64,000 nucleotides of DNA from positions 20,274,001 to 20,338,000 of the forward strand of contig OZ024743.1 of NCBI GenBank assembly GCA_964016885.1, read 5' to 3'. Shown here in pieces: positions 42,211 through 56,750 of the stretch. The DNA is from Eledone cirrhosa (lineage: Eukaryota). Positions within the stretch are counted from its first letter, which is position 1; each line of letters begins with the position of its first letter. The position numbers and the translations under genes were made by a program. The notes beneath the pieces were generated by a model. That model was given only the letters and a program-made list of their open reading frames with translations, searched no databases and had not been told where the DNA came from.

Positions 42211-42668
42211 ATTTATAGATATTTATATATCCAACAAATTGTTAGCAGCAAGAGAAATAAATAGACCCGTAAATTTATAGAAAGACACCCCCTCAGATTT
42301 CAGTGGGAAATTAAAAATTTTTTTTTTTCGTAATATGGGGCAAAAGGCTTCTCCCCCCTCCCCACCGATTTCAGAGGGAAATAACATTTTTCAGATTTTT
42401 TTTTTTGTGTGTTCTCAGAAACTTACCTCCTAATATGATACAAAGAACTTTTTTCTCCGGTAAACAGGGAGAGAGGTGGAGAAAAGTCCGAAAGTACCCT
42501 CGCCCCGTTTGTAGAGGGAAAAAAGTCCTTTGCAGCATGTTCGGAGCTAAGATTAGTTTGATCCAAATGAAAAAAAAAAAAAAACGTGTAGGGGTGAAAA
42601 GTCCTAGAGTTCCCGCTCCTTTTTTCGAGGAAAAAGTCATTCGGTCCATATTATGAATTAAGTTTAAT

Positions 42669-42703
<35 letters not shown>

Positions 42704-44244
42704 TCTCCCACTGAAATCGGTCACTTTTTAATAAATTAACTTACCGGCTCTACGTTATGTATTGAGAGTATTATTTTAAATGTAGTTCTTTTTCATTTTT
42801 AATGGAATATCTTTCAACGAGTATAATAATAATAATAATGAAATTATCGTGTACAGTGCTCAGGTGCACTACAACTCGTCAAAGGTGCATGTATAGTACA
42901 TAGAATAATGTACAAATGTCAGGAAAGTGAACATTGTACATATTACACACATACAATGTGTGTGATGTGCTTCACGATATATTACTGGTATTCATTTATC
43001 TGGTTCGAAATCTCTGCATTGGAAACAACATTCTACCACAAAATTAATAACGCAAAAAGAACACTTCTTTTTTGTTACTGCAAAATAAGTTTTCTTCATA
43101 TTGTGTTTCTTTCACATAAATATTGCTTTTGACTCTATTTGCATTAGATATATCCTCTTTATAGATATATAAATTATTTAACAAGATACACTAGTTAAAA
43201 AAGAGAGTAAATTCTATATGTTGTTTAGCTCCAGGTCGCTAGTCGTCAAACGAAATTATACGAGCTGCAGATTGTCTAAATGGAAAGTGGACCCTTATTA
43301 AAACGTATCGCCCCGCGAGCTTTTCACCATCTCCGAATAAATAATAAAATATATCCGTGAATATATCACTTAAAAAAACTTTAATTGTGTGTGGTATTCT
43401 GCTAATGTAAAAAAATGATTAATATATTTTTACAAGTAGGGGATAACAAATGAGTAGAGCAGAGGACAAATTACCCTGGTACTTATTTACACCCCTTTAC
43501 ATTCCGAGTTCGAATCTATGCGACAGTAGATTTTACTTTTCAGCCCAACTTCACCATTTTTCGAGATTAATAAAATTAGTCGCAATCAAATTAAAAGCAA
43601 CATAAGGTTATTCTCTTGTGATAGAAGTTATAAAGAAATCCTCCTGTTAATGTAGACATGAAAAAGTGGCATAATGTGAAAAGAAGCTAAGTTTTTGACT
43701 AATCAAGTCAGCAACCTGAATTCAATTCGCAGCGGAAAAGCAATTTATTTTATTTACATTGGAAAATAAATCTTTTGAGAAAAATATGAACATCCACAAC
43801 TATAAATTTTTTCTCTTCACTAATAAATAAATAAAACAAAATAAAAGTTTCATAGATGGTTAAAAAAAACCGTTCTCCAGGTGATATATCTACAGAAGGA
43901 ATATTACTTTATTTGAATCTTCCTGTATCATTTCTCTCGTTCGTATATAAAACTCATAATATATAGAAATATTGAAGTAAAAAAACCCAAAAAACTATTG
44001 CTTTTCTAGCTTCCCAACAACTGACAATGTGTTATTTTTATTATCTTTTCTTTTTTTATATCTCACGTATTACCCACAACCTAGTCAGATCAGCTCTTAA
44101 ACTCACCTGCAAGCTAACTTATTGCTGACACAGCAGTTTACTATTTTATTTCTCACTAGGATAAATATATACTACGACTAGGTAGACATCGATATTGGGC
44201 AAATACATATCTATACGCACACACATTATATATATATATATTAT

Positions 44245-44362
44245 ATTCAATTTATTAAGGCTTGTTACTCCAGAGTTTCGCCTATTTATCACAGTATCAT
44301 AAGACAAGAACTCTTCTTCGGTGTTGAGTACTCTTTTCTCTCACTCGTCAACTGCATAAGGA
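44245..44362. mobile_element. Short PLE relic between (TA)n tracts
   Basis: Left part on minus reads GGC-GAAA-CTCTGGAG-TA-ACAAGCCTT-AATAAA (HHR 3' half); right part on plus has the GTTGAGTACTC tail motif. Confidence 0.55.
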
Positions 44363-45644
44363 TATATATATATATATATATATTAAAAAGTATTCTCAAA
44401 CAGCATAAACCAGTGCTAAAAGATAAAAAGACAATTGAAAAGGTTGGTGGGTCGTTTTAACTTACTGCAGTTTTACTCTAATAAAAAATATTACTAATTA
44501 ATTTTCTTCCATCAATAAAAAGATATGCGTAGCTTGATCATAAGGTATGACTGGACAAAGTAGGTGGTCACATTCTTAGAAGCTTAAATGAAGTTGAGTT
44601 GTTTTAACTGGGGATAGAAACAGACTGCTTTTTCTTTTGCCCCAGACACCCATTACTAGACATAAGTACAATACAACAAAACAAAACTATTGTGTTTGAA
44701 CCAATTCATGGAACAATCATTCTAACAACGAATATGTGAGTTAAAGAAAAATGAAAAAACAACGTAAAAAAATAATAAACACACACAAAAGCAAAAACTA
44801 AAAACAAACAAAATGCGATTTTAGAATTCCGTTACGTTTAGCTTATTGTATAATGTTTCTTCTCTGGTGATAGAAAGTTGACATTTCTCACTCACGATAT
44901 TTATATTGCACGAAATGTGACGATGTAAATTTGAGAATGATTATTGTAACTAATTAAAAAGAAAATACTGTTTGTGAGTACAATTCCGGCGAAGTAAATT
45001 TTTACTTTTCATCCATCCGAGGCCGATAAAATAAAGTAGTAGTCAAGTACAAAAGTCGCAACGATGTTCCCTTCCTACCAAACAGGCGTTGTGCCTAAGT
45101 AAGAAATTATAAAAACTTTCATTTCAACACGGATTGACATTATGGGTTTACTTGCGCCAGTTATTAGATTGGACTGTATTGTGTATCTCGTATTTATTTA
45201 TTTTGTAATGTGTAGGAGTGCACTTCCTCCCCTAACAAACATATATTATATAATCAAAAGCACGTGCATATCTCCCTAAAAATTAAATCACATCACTTTT
45301 AGTTATTCTTTTTCATTCATTCCACATGCGTTTGGTTGCTACTGTTTATCCATTTATATTCGTTTGTCAGCAGCCACCCATTCATTCTTTCACTGAGGCC
45401 TACATACAGACACAAACGTTCATATATTACATATACTACGAGAGCAGTTTCAACCACTAGTTTTGCCTTCACTCACTCACTATTAGTAACATGTTTTACC
45501 AAGTATAAATTGATTTACTTTATTTCAAGAACTAAACCCCAAATAAATTTCGGTGATTCTCACTGAAGATTTCTTATCTTACACAAAATAAGATACAAAA
45601 ATGACCCAATATTATATATATGTAAATATATACACTCTGCTTTC

Positions 45645-45675
<31 letters not shown>

Positions 45676-46546
45676 TCAGAAAAATCGGAAAGCAGAGAGA
45701 TTATAAAAGAAATAGATATCACAATCAAAGCTCTTTGCGACCACCCACTAACACTTTTTCAATTGGTGTGTTCGTGACATATACACTAATGTTACACTAT
45801 CAAACACTAATTTACTTTCTGACGAAATAATCATGCAAAAATGAAACAACTAAAAACTTGCACACCTGCTCCTGTCAACTTTACTCAGCTTTGTTTGTAA
45901 TAGACGTGCTCACAAAACATGACATGCATCTCTGCATAATTAATCTAATCACACATTCAAAAAGATAAATAAACAATACATAAACATTGAACACCCAACA
46001 AATATATAAACATTCGTTATATGCATTTCCCCGCTTCTAGTGTATCTAGAACTAAGCTAAAGGAATATTGCCATTGAAGGGAAAACATTCATCAATTTTG
46101 TGCACTCCAAAATAGAAATGTATTCAATTATACAAGTGTTATTCGAGTCCAATTAGTTTCTTTTTATGATCTTTTCAAAAAATGTTATGTATAAAGGAAT
46201 ATACAAATACATTAATAAATGTGCATACATGTTCAGTTCGCACAGGTCATTAAACCGCTGTATAGTGACATGAATTAGGATAACATAAATATCCATGGAC
46301 AAATATATAGCAATAAAAAATATATATTCCGAGGCACATGCACTGAAATATTCAAATGCATGTGCATTGCTTTCGTTTATTTTTTCTTCATCATCTCACG
46401 ACTTTTCATTCATTCTCTTTTCGCGCTGTCTTTAAAGCAACCAGTCACTTTTTTTTTTTTTTGTCATTCGTTATTAGTCCGTTCCCTGATTAATGGACCA
46501 GAGAAGTGTCGCACGAATGAGGAAAGAACTCCTTTCAATGGATAAA

Positions 46547-46581
<35 letters not shown>

Positions 46582-47149
46582 CCAATCAATCCTGTGTGGC
46601 TCTGATCAAGATAAAGGAAACGTTGGTTATAAGAAAATGAAAACAATTCTTGATACTAGAGAAAAAGAAAAAAGTGTTCTTTTCCAGTTGAGGGTTTCTC
46701 CTGAGTTAATCTGCAGTTAGTTAGATTATTTTTATCGCTCTTTTGTGAAACTTATTTTCTTTCTTGCATTTTTTTTACTTTCCCCGATATAGCGGAATTA
46801 GTTTTTATATATCCATGACAAGTATCTATTCATAAGTGGGCAGTTTTATAAGCATTTTCTCCGTGAATTGTATTTTTCTTTTTTTTTCTAATTCACCGTT
46901 TTCTTTTACTACTTTTTGTTTCTCTTTCTCTCGCACACACACACAACCAGTTTTAGGACTCTTTCTTCCGTACTTTTTCTCTTATGCAGAACACGGTCAT
47001 CTATTCATTCATTCTCTCTTTTTAAAACATCTACTCGTTCATTCATTCACTCACTCTCTTTACTAACACAGGTACTGCCAAACATTGATACGCACACACG
47101 GACACAACCACAGATACATTTACACCCTTTCTCTTTCTTTTCTTATCTA

Positions 47150-47968
47150 TTGAAGCATGTGTCTTCATCCAGTCATGCAAGATGCCAGTAACACCTCCAG
47201 TCTGATTCGGAGCAACTACACACAGCCGTCAGCAAGGGCTTCCAGAGTAGTAAAGGATGGGGAGGATGATGGTCTGTGAAAACCAAGGCGAAGCACTTTA
47301 CACATGGCTTGTTTGGATTTAGTTGTGTCTTACTTGTCATTTGAACACCGTTCCAACAGCTCTGCAGATGTCGGAGTTATAAATGGCGGCTGCTGCTAAC
47401 ATTACCATTGCTGCTGTATTAACCTACACTATCAGTACTACCGGCTAAACTATCACTGATATCATCGTCGTCGTCTTCAAATGTTGCTGTAAATTCATCA
47501 ATCAAGATTATTATATAGGACCAGAGCTACAAGTACCACCTTAATCGGATAATGGCGGCGGCGGGGTGACGGAGGAGGCAGCAGCAGTGGCGGCGGCAAA
47601 TAGACGCCGTCACTGCTACCAGCATATACATAGACAGTCTATTGCTCGTCGCTGTCGTCTACGTCCATTCACTTCTTTCTCTCTTTCTTTCTCTCCGTCT
47701 ATCTATCTATTTCATCCAAATTCTCATGTCTCTTTCTCCCTCTCATTTCTAATATTTCTATTTGACTTACTTTCACTCCATTTCTCCCCCCCCCACACAC
47801 ACTTTCTCTCTCTAGCTTTCATCATATAAATATACATACATTCACACACACATATATATTATATATATATATATACACACATACTCATTATATATACACA
47901 TACATATTATATATACACATACATATTATATATACACATACATATATACATTATATATATACGCATAC

Positions 47969-47999
<31 letters not shown>

Positions 48000-48338
48000 T
48001 ACACATATTTATATATATATACATACATGCACACACGTATATATATATATACATACACACATATATATAATATACACACACACGCTATATATATATATAT
48101 ATATATATACATACACACACTATATATATATACATACATACACACACTATTTCATCCAATCCCTCTCTTTGTAGCTGTCAGTCTGTTTCTTTCTAGTCTT
48201 CCCACTCTCTTACTCACAGTCTGTTATACTCTCTCTCTCCTCACTCTTTCTACCAGTGTTCTAATACACACCGCCTATGGACTTTACTCGTCGTCTGCTT
48301 TCTTCCAATTCCACTGTCCGTTACGTTGGACTAAAACA
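47150..48338. promoter_or_regulatory. Candidate promoter/5' UTR region, possibly bidirectional
   Basis: Apparently unique, relatively GC/CpG-rich block at 47160-47670 and CT-rich tracts directly upstream of a signal-peptide exon. Confidence 0.35.
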
Positions 48339-48429
48339 ATGAAGATTGTTATGTTTAGTGTGGTGACTGTTATTGTCTTCTCCTGTTTTACGCTGCTTAT
48401 TAATAGCAAATGCCTGGAGGATGAGGACG
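48339..48429 (+). CDS. Probable first coding exon of a secreted or membrane host protein (signal peptide)
   Basis: AAAACA-ATG context; [30 protein letters not shown]; consensus donor G|GTAAGT at 48430, phase 1; no downstream exon identified. Confidence 0.65.
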
Positions 48430-49066
48430 GTAAGTTCAAACATTTAAAACAAGTAAAAATCTATAGCCCCCTCAAATATATACATACTGTCATAAAACAT
48501 ATACATACATACACATGCATAATGTATATATACTCGTATATGGATACATATAGGTTGACATACACACACACATACATACATATAGGCTCACATACACACA
48601 TATATGCATACATATATACAGGTTGACATACACACATAAACATGCATATAGGTTGACATACACACATATACATACATATAGGTTGACATACACACATGTA
48701 CATATGCATACATATATACATATAAGATGTATGTGTGTATACCCCTCTTTCCATTTTTCGTTTCCAGCACTTTAACCATATACATATGTTATGTTAAAAT
48801 ATTTCCATAAATAATAGTAACCTCAAAATATCAAATGTTTTAAAGAAATATTAAGGGGGTTTTCCTTGTTTTTTTCAAGTTTTATTGTTTTCATTCATTC
48901 ATTTTTCTCTGAATTCTCCAATGTTAATAAAAAAAAAAGTTGATTATTCTCTCTCTTGGCTCAGCCAGATAAAAATTATAAACCACCTTCTCTTTTCTAG
49001 AAGGGTTGCCTATGTATTACTTCCGAAATCTTGCTCTTTTTTCTCTATCGTTTAAGTTTTAAATAC

Positions 49067-49115
<49 letters not shown>

Positions 49116-49146
49116 CATATATTGTATTAATTATATATATATTGTA

Positions 49147-49184
<38 letters not shown>

Positions 49185-49224
49185 AGTTGACGGACCCAGC
49201 ATATTTATCAATTTATATGTATAT

Positions 49225-49333
49225 ATATATATGTGTGTGTGTGTGGCGGTTGTTTTATGTGATATGTATATGTGTGTGTGGAGGTTGTATATGTGTGATA
49301 TATATATATGTGTGTGGAGGTTGTATATGTGTG

Positions 49334-49368
<35 letters not shown>

Positions 49369-49385
49369 GAGGTTGTATATGTGTG

Positions 49386-49420
<35 letters not shown>

Positions 49421-49437
49421 GAGGTTGTATATATGTG

Positions 49438-49468
<31 letters not shown>

Positions 49469-49679
49469 GAGGTTGTATATGTGTGATATATATATGTGTG
49501 CGTGTGGAAATTGTATATGTGATATATATATGTGTGTAGGTTGTATATGTGTGATATAAATGTGTGTGTGTGTGGAGGTTGTATATGTGATATAAATATG
49601 TGTGTGTGTGTGTGTGGAGGTTGTATATGTGTGATATATATATATATGTGTGTGTGTGTGTGGAGGTTGTATATATGTG

Positions 49680-49710
<31 letters not shown>

Positions 49711-49865
49711 GAGGTTGTATATGTGTGATATATATATATGTGTGCGTGTGGAAATTGTATATGTGATATATATATGTGTGTAGGTTGTATATGTGTGATA
49801 TAAATGTGTGTGTGTGGAGGTTGTATATGCGTATATAGATATATATATGGGGGGGTTGTGCGTGT
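49225..49865. repeat. Minisatellite built of microsatellite modules
   Basis: Repeated (GT)n-GGAGGTTGTATATGTGTGA-(TA)n units with a recurring GCGTGTGGAAATTG variant. Confidence 0.9.
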
Positions 49866-50159
49866 GTATATATATATATATATATATATACTTGGTGTGT
49901 GTAAAATAGACATAGATATGTATATCGTCTTAATTATTGATGTATTTGCTGTACACATACATACTGAAGTTGCTATAGACACCGAAAGATTTTACTATAT
50001 ACTCACGGCAATAAAAACCAAGATTTACAGTCATGTTGAACAGCACTAACACAAAACTTAGATGTAACAATTTTAATTACTGATATTATCGTATTAACTC
50101 TATTTTATGTAACGAGTGTTTTAACTTTGATGTCTTTATATTTGTAGAGAAAGACTTAT

Positions 50160-50198
<39 letters not shown>

Positions 50199-50660
50199 AT
50201 ATGTGCAATATGTGGATCACATTAAAATTTGTTGTATATGCTGCACATAGCAGATGCACATACATGTACTGAACTTTCCTTCACTGCACATCTAAACCTT
50301 GAAAGTTTTCCCTGTATGCATGCAAGTTAACGTCGGTCAAGCGAACACCCAACCTACTAGAAATAATAGCTAACTCTCTCTCTTTCAAATTACACACCCT
50401 ATTTGTATTAAATAACACATTGAAAAATACAGTTTTAAATATTCATTTAAAAGGGTGATATCTCAAAGAAAACACCTTTGAAATTCTAAAGCCCGTTCGT
50501 TCAGGGCTGATCTGTGGCTAAATGAAAACTACACTCATCTTCATTACATACACATAATATATCCAGGGTAAATATTAAAACAACATAAAAATATTTATTG
50601 GAAACACCACCGGGGATATACAACAACGTACACGCCTGAACTTCCAGGTGTGTGTGTATG

Positions 50661-50708
<48 letters not shown>

Positions 50709-51078
50709 GTCATACATCCTTGCGTACTCAACACGGACGCTTATTTTTTAACGATAGAATATACTATCATACACAAGTAAATTTTACTCTTCTATTATTA
50801 GTATACATACATTCTTGGGTAAGAATTAATTATTATTATTATACGCTCATAGACTTTAAGTCTTAAATATAAATGAATATGCTTAATCTGCTCATTAGTC
50901 CCGCGTCGATCTTGATCTAGCGAACCTATGATCATAGTGTATACAGCAGAAGGTTAGGAGTGATATGAGGGAGCTTTGACAGTTACTTTTAGCAGGGCAA
51001 GTAACCACACAAGGCTTCCTCGTTGACTAATCCATTTTATAGACCAGCTTATTTTCATAGTTTGACTTCGTGTATGTA

Positions 51079-51123
<45 letters not shown>

Positions 51124-51619
51124 CCAGTATTGTACACATGTGTATAAATATTTAACTCGTGAAACACAACGAAGAAACTCTGCATGTATACATACCTTTT
51201 GCTTGCACAAACACGCATCATTGCACTGATAATCAATATATATACACTACGATTAATCTCCATTATATACATATATATATCTATATATATATATATATAT
51301 ATATTGCTTGCGTCTATAAGAATTAATTTATTAATTATCACAAATTTTAATGTACGATTGATGTGAATGTGCATCAACTAACAGGAATATAGAAAGCCAT
51401 TCATATGCACACATCACTCCGCTCCCGCGATTTTACATACGCGCACATTTATCTATTTGTATATATACACATATATATACATACATATATATATATAAAC
51501 TAGAGATTGTTCTGAAATTTTAGTTTATACACAAATACGAATGAGGAGTTCACAGCGAAAAATACTTTTGCTCACTGTTCAACATAATCGATGCCGTGCA
51601 TACATTACACACACATACA

Positions 51620-51656
<37 letters not shown>

Positions 51657-52569
51657 CATACACTCACATCCATAGTTTGTGTTATCAAATATACCACTAT
51701 AAAATCGCCACACTCTTTTGCAAAACACTACTCGGTGATGTGCTTCGAGCAACATGCATGATAACAAATATAATAGGTTCGCAACACAGATTCAGGCAAG
51801 TATACTAGCATTCAGAGAGCCTCTATATTGCTAGAAATAACAGTCAAATCTCAATCCACATTGCAATCTTAAAATAAAATACACGACATCCGAAATGAAG
51901 ATGAATTATCGTGGAATATCTTTGATCATGTTACTCAATCATGACTGACCTTGGGTTAAACAACAATCATAGACACACACTACAACACAGTAATAGGTAT
52001 TCACAAATACATGCACACATACTAACCTACTATAAATGTATACAATTGCACTCCCACACACACAGATATATTAACACACATATAAAGCACCATTCTATAT
52101 GCACACACAGATGTATATAGAAATATACTACCACACCACATCACACCCAGAAATGTACTCCCAAATATACACTATTATACACGCGGAAGACCGACTGAAG
52201 CTGTCAATAATGTATATGAACACAACGCTATCTTTTTTGCTACTTTATACTTGTGATGTGTTGTATGGGTGGGATAATGAAAGCTGATCAAACTTAGCGG
52301 AATCCCGCTTCAAATCTTTTGTTGATCGTCACTCTATGAACCTGTCTCTTGTCCGTTGTCTGCAGCCCACCCCTGCTTATGTTTTGTGTTGGTCTCTTTT
52401 CTGTGTCTGTCTGACCAGCTCATTCATCGCCCCTTCTTATTCCTACAACCAGCAACACATCACATTTACACCAAGTGCAGCATAACCTGCACAACTGCAA
52501 CCGTCACCACGACCATCATTAACCACTACAAAGCCAGTACTACTTCTATCCACTTCGGTTAACTGTAAA

Positions 52570-52772
52570 ACCACGAGGTAACGAAGGAACCTCTGCAAAG
52601 TCGCTCGACCTGCTAGACATAGCAGCCAAATTTCCTTCAAATTATACCTTTCTGTCTTAAAAAAACATTGGGTAATATACTCCTTGATATCCCTGAAAAG
52701 AGAGGATGATCATGGCCAGAGTGCCTTTGATTTCAGGTTTGATTAATGAACGCTGACTTCAAGATAAACAAC
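52570..52772 (+). repeat. Dispersed SINE-like repeat ending in (CAA)n
   Basis: CCTGCTAGA.ATAGCAGCCAAA...GTCTTAAAA...GCCTTTGAT...TAAACAAC; relatives near 6490, 50350, 51820, 62660(-), 63975(-). Confidence 0.55.
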
Positions 52773-54201
52773 GGCTGTAGAAACGCCAACATTTAAAAGC
52801 AAATGATAAAACAAATGTAATTCAACTAAAAAGGATACATGAAATGTGTGAAGATATCGGTGGGCAGAAAGAAAGAAAAAAAAAAATGAATGAATGAAGC
52901 TGATATGGTGATGATGGGTGCAGGTGGTTATTTAATAGGGACCGAAATACAGTGTTGGTGTTTTGTATTGAAGGGTGGTGGTGATGGTAGTAATGGTTGT
53001 ACAACAAAGTTCAACTGTGTAGTGATGGTGATGGTTTGTGGAGCGAAGCAGTTCAAGTGGGTGATGGTGGAATTTTCTATAGCTTTAAGGTTTATTTGTT
53101 TATTAAAATAATAAACAACAATGGCGATGCCCCAGCATGGCCTCAGCCTATCGGCTGGAACACGTAATAGACGTAAATAATTTGTTTGTTACTCTATGTG
53201 TAACTGTGGGTTAATAATCTATTGATTAATGAAACGGAAACTAAATAATATTTATTAATCAAAAGCATCGATGTAATTATCATTATGATTTCAGTAGCAA
53301 GTGTTGGAGAATAGGAAGCTACTGACTAAGCTCCGTGCGACTTGATTCTTCGATCCGGTTTCGACTCCTGTTGGAAGAGAACCATTTCTTTGAAGTAAAT
53401 GCATGACAGTCACAACTACACAATTCTCTTCCGTTAAAATGTGCGACTTTGTGCCACCTTGAAATAATTATTTCACTAACCTTTGTAATAAAAAAAAAGA
53501 ATGAAATAAAATAAAATAATTTACTTTCACTAGACCAATATTTGTAAGGAATGGGAACAGTTGAGTGGGTTGACATTAGTACCCGAGTGGTATTTAGTTT
53601 ATCGACCTTGTCGAAAATCAAAATCGATCTTGGCGTTAACTGAAGCCAACAGACACCTTACACATAAATGCTACAAATGCTGTTTCAGTCGACGTGAAGC
53701 TTCTGCATATAACAACAGGGAATATGATGTAAAGTTAATGACTTTTTCCAAAGGAAAAATAATCATCATCGAATGTTTCTTATAAGTAAAATAAATAATT
53801 GTTTCTACTTTAGGCACAAGGCCAGCAATCACCCAGTGCATTACTGGTACTTTATTTTATCGACCCCGTAAGGATGAAAGGCAAAGTCAACCTCGGTGGG
53901 ATAAGTAAAATAAATAATGTCTAACAGTTCCCAATGCCATTACTGGCAGAGAGGAAAAAACAAAACATACTTTGATTTTGAATTGAAACCGGGACGCATG
54001 CTCCGATTTGTACAGAGCTTACTGCTGCATAACAACGCACACCATACATTGTTTTGATCGACTACATGGCTAATTTTTGTAGGAGTAGAATATAGCCGAT
54101 CGAATCGTTTCTAATAATATCTTAGTGGCACTTAATTTATTTACACAGAAGTGATAACAAGCTCAGTCGACCGCTATGTCAGGACTTTTAAGAAAAAAAA
54201 G

Positions 54202-54239
<38 letters not shown>

Positions 54240-54243
<4 letters not shown>

Positions 54244-54380
54244 AAGTTTAACCCCGACGGCAGAGCTCAAGCCGTTTCGACGGGGTTAAACATTTTCCTA
54301 TTACCCACTCTACTACCCTAAGTATTGAGTACTCTGGTGCGTTATGGTCCATCTGGTTACTCACCACACTTCCTTCGTTA
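54240..54380 (+). mobile_element. PLE family A terminal relic with 5' inverted segment
   Basis: Sense arm starts GGGGTTAAAC and ends CCTTCGTT(AT)n; preceded by an inverted copy of the HHR 3' half. Confidence 0.72.
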
Positions 54381-54417
54381 TATATATATATAACCTTTCC
54401 GACGGAATTACTTCATT

Positions 54418-54467
<50 letters not shown>

Positions 54468-54472
<5 letters not shown>

Positions 54473-55692
54473 CCTGGCTAAGACCAAAGTTCTAGTTTGT
54501 AGGAAAGAAAACAAGGCGGCGGTCCCTTCTGGGAAATGGTCGTGCTCGGTATGTAGGAAAGGCGTAGGTAGAAACTCCATCTTATGTCCTAAATGCAAAG
54601 TATGGGTGCATAAAAGATGTAGTGGGATCACAGGTAAGCTAACTAAGAACATAGACTTTACATGTGGCCGGTGTTCTGGTGCAATAGGTAGCAGCAAGTG
54701 CCCACAAAATACTAGCTCTTTCAATTGCGCAGAGGGTTTTATAGAAATAGTGGACAGCTTCCGTTACCTGGGCGATAAAATCAGCAGTGGGGGAGGGTGC
54801 TCTGAAAGTACTGTAGCTAGAGTCAGAACTGGTTGGAAAAAGTTCAGAGAGCTTATACCACTATTAGCTGCTAAAGGGTTCTCCCTAAAAATGAAAGGCA
54901 GGTTGTACGATGCCTGCATACGAACAGCAATGTTGCATGGTAGTGAGACCTGGGCATTGTGTGCAGAGGATATACGCAGACTAGAGAGGAACGAAGCTTG
55001 CATGCTCCGCTGGATGTGTAACAGTAATATACGTGAACGGCAAAGCATAAACGAACTAAGGAAAAAATTAGAGATAAGAGGGATCAGATGTTGTTTACTC
55101 GAGAGAAGGCTGCGTTGGTATGGACACGTGATGCGCATGAAAGTCGATAGCTGTATTACAAAGTGCAGGGCAATAAAGATAGACGGTAGCCACGGAATAG
55201 GCAGACCTAGAAAAACATGGGATGAGCTGATAAACTCCGACCTCACACACTTACACCTCTCCAAGACAATGTCACTGGACCGTGACCTTTGGCGGTACTC
55301 AGTAACAGAGAAGACCCGCCTTGCCAGTAGGCATCTCTAACAAAATACACCCCTCCCGCCGCCACCCCCACCCCATCCACACCACCCCGTTCTATGTAAA
55401 GTTATGTTGGTGCCGCGCCATCCAGGCCGAAACAAATGAGATCGTGTAGGTGTCACGACAAAAAAACACACAGTCCACGCTGTAATGTGGCCGTGTAGGC
55501 AACACGGTAAAAACCTCCCAGACCCACACTGTAAATGTGGTTGGTGTTAGGAAGGGCATCCAACTGTAGAAAACCTGCCAGACAGTCCTATGCGAGCAAG
55601 ACAATCACTCTTGCCTCAAGTGGGACTACCCCCGTCCAAACCCATGCAAGCGTGGAACACGGACGTTAAACGTTGATGATGATGATGATGAT
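54468..55692 (+). mobile_element. RTE LINE subfamily A, 5'-truncated
   Basis: Open frame from INLAKTKVL through the PHD-like finger to the C-terminus; a small deletion removes the normal stop; (GAT)n tail. Confidence 0.94.
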
Positions 55693-56718
55693 ATAAGGAT
55701 TGTCGGACCCAGCATATTTATCAATGCCAGTACCGGCTGTATATATATATGTAGTTCAAGAAATGACAAGACACACGCACGCATATATGTATATATATTT
55801 CTGTTATTTTAAACAGAACTAGAAAATATATGCATTTGTACTTGCTGACTTCCATCATATCACTTCCCTACGATTTTTCAGTAATAAACCTTTTTTATTA
55901 TCAATATATTTCTCTTACGAGGTCGATAAAATAAAGTACCAGTAATGAACTGGGTAATTGCTGGCCTTGTGCCTAAAGTAGAAACAAATATATTTCTCTC
56001 TCATTCGATCTCTGTTCGAATATACCGCACACACACATACATTCTTATACTATACAAGCAGCATATTCTTATGTTTTTTAACATACTCTTAACTATATGC
56101 GGGCAGATATCGATCTCCAATAATATATATATATAAAGGAAACAGTATTGTATCCGACGCAAGTTTTAAACACTAATTTTTTAAATGGATAGAATCATTG
56201 AAATGTTGAAAGTTGGGTAAGGCTGAACGTCTGCGACGAAGTCATTTAACTGTTCGTTCATATTTCATCGCCTCTTGTTATTATTCTCTAAAGGCATCAC
56301 TTTGTTTACATAGATCTAATACAGCTCATACACACATAACGAGTGACTGAAAATATTGGCGCTGATTGATAATTCGTTAGATAAATAGACACATAAAAGC
56401 TGTATCTCTTCTATGGACAGCAAGGAAACAGGACGCCCACAGCAAGTGATGTGATAACATTTAATTATTTACTACTGTTCGTTACTCACATGTTTGTGAG
56501 TACCTCCAACCACTGAGGTGTCATGTACATGTGTCACCTGCTTTAACCTACTTAACTATCTGCTGACAGTTAATCACCGATTTAATTGATCGTGATATAT
56601 ATATATATATATTATATATATATGTATGTACATACACACAGTGTGTTCGTATACCTACTAAAAAAAAAACACCACCCTGTAGAGTTCATGTTTATACGAG
56701 TATATGTGTAACGCCCAC

Positions 56719-56750
<32 letters not shown>

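Noticed and set aside
48027-48626. 199-aa ORF as a single-exon gene
   Set aside because: Both ends are microsatellite translations; only 48339-48429 looks coding and it ends at a splice donor
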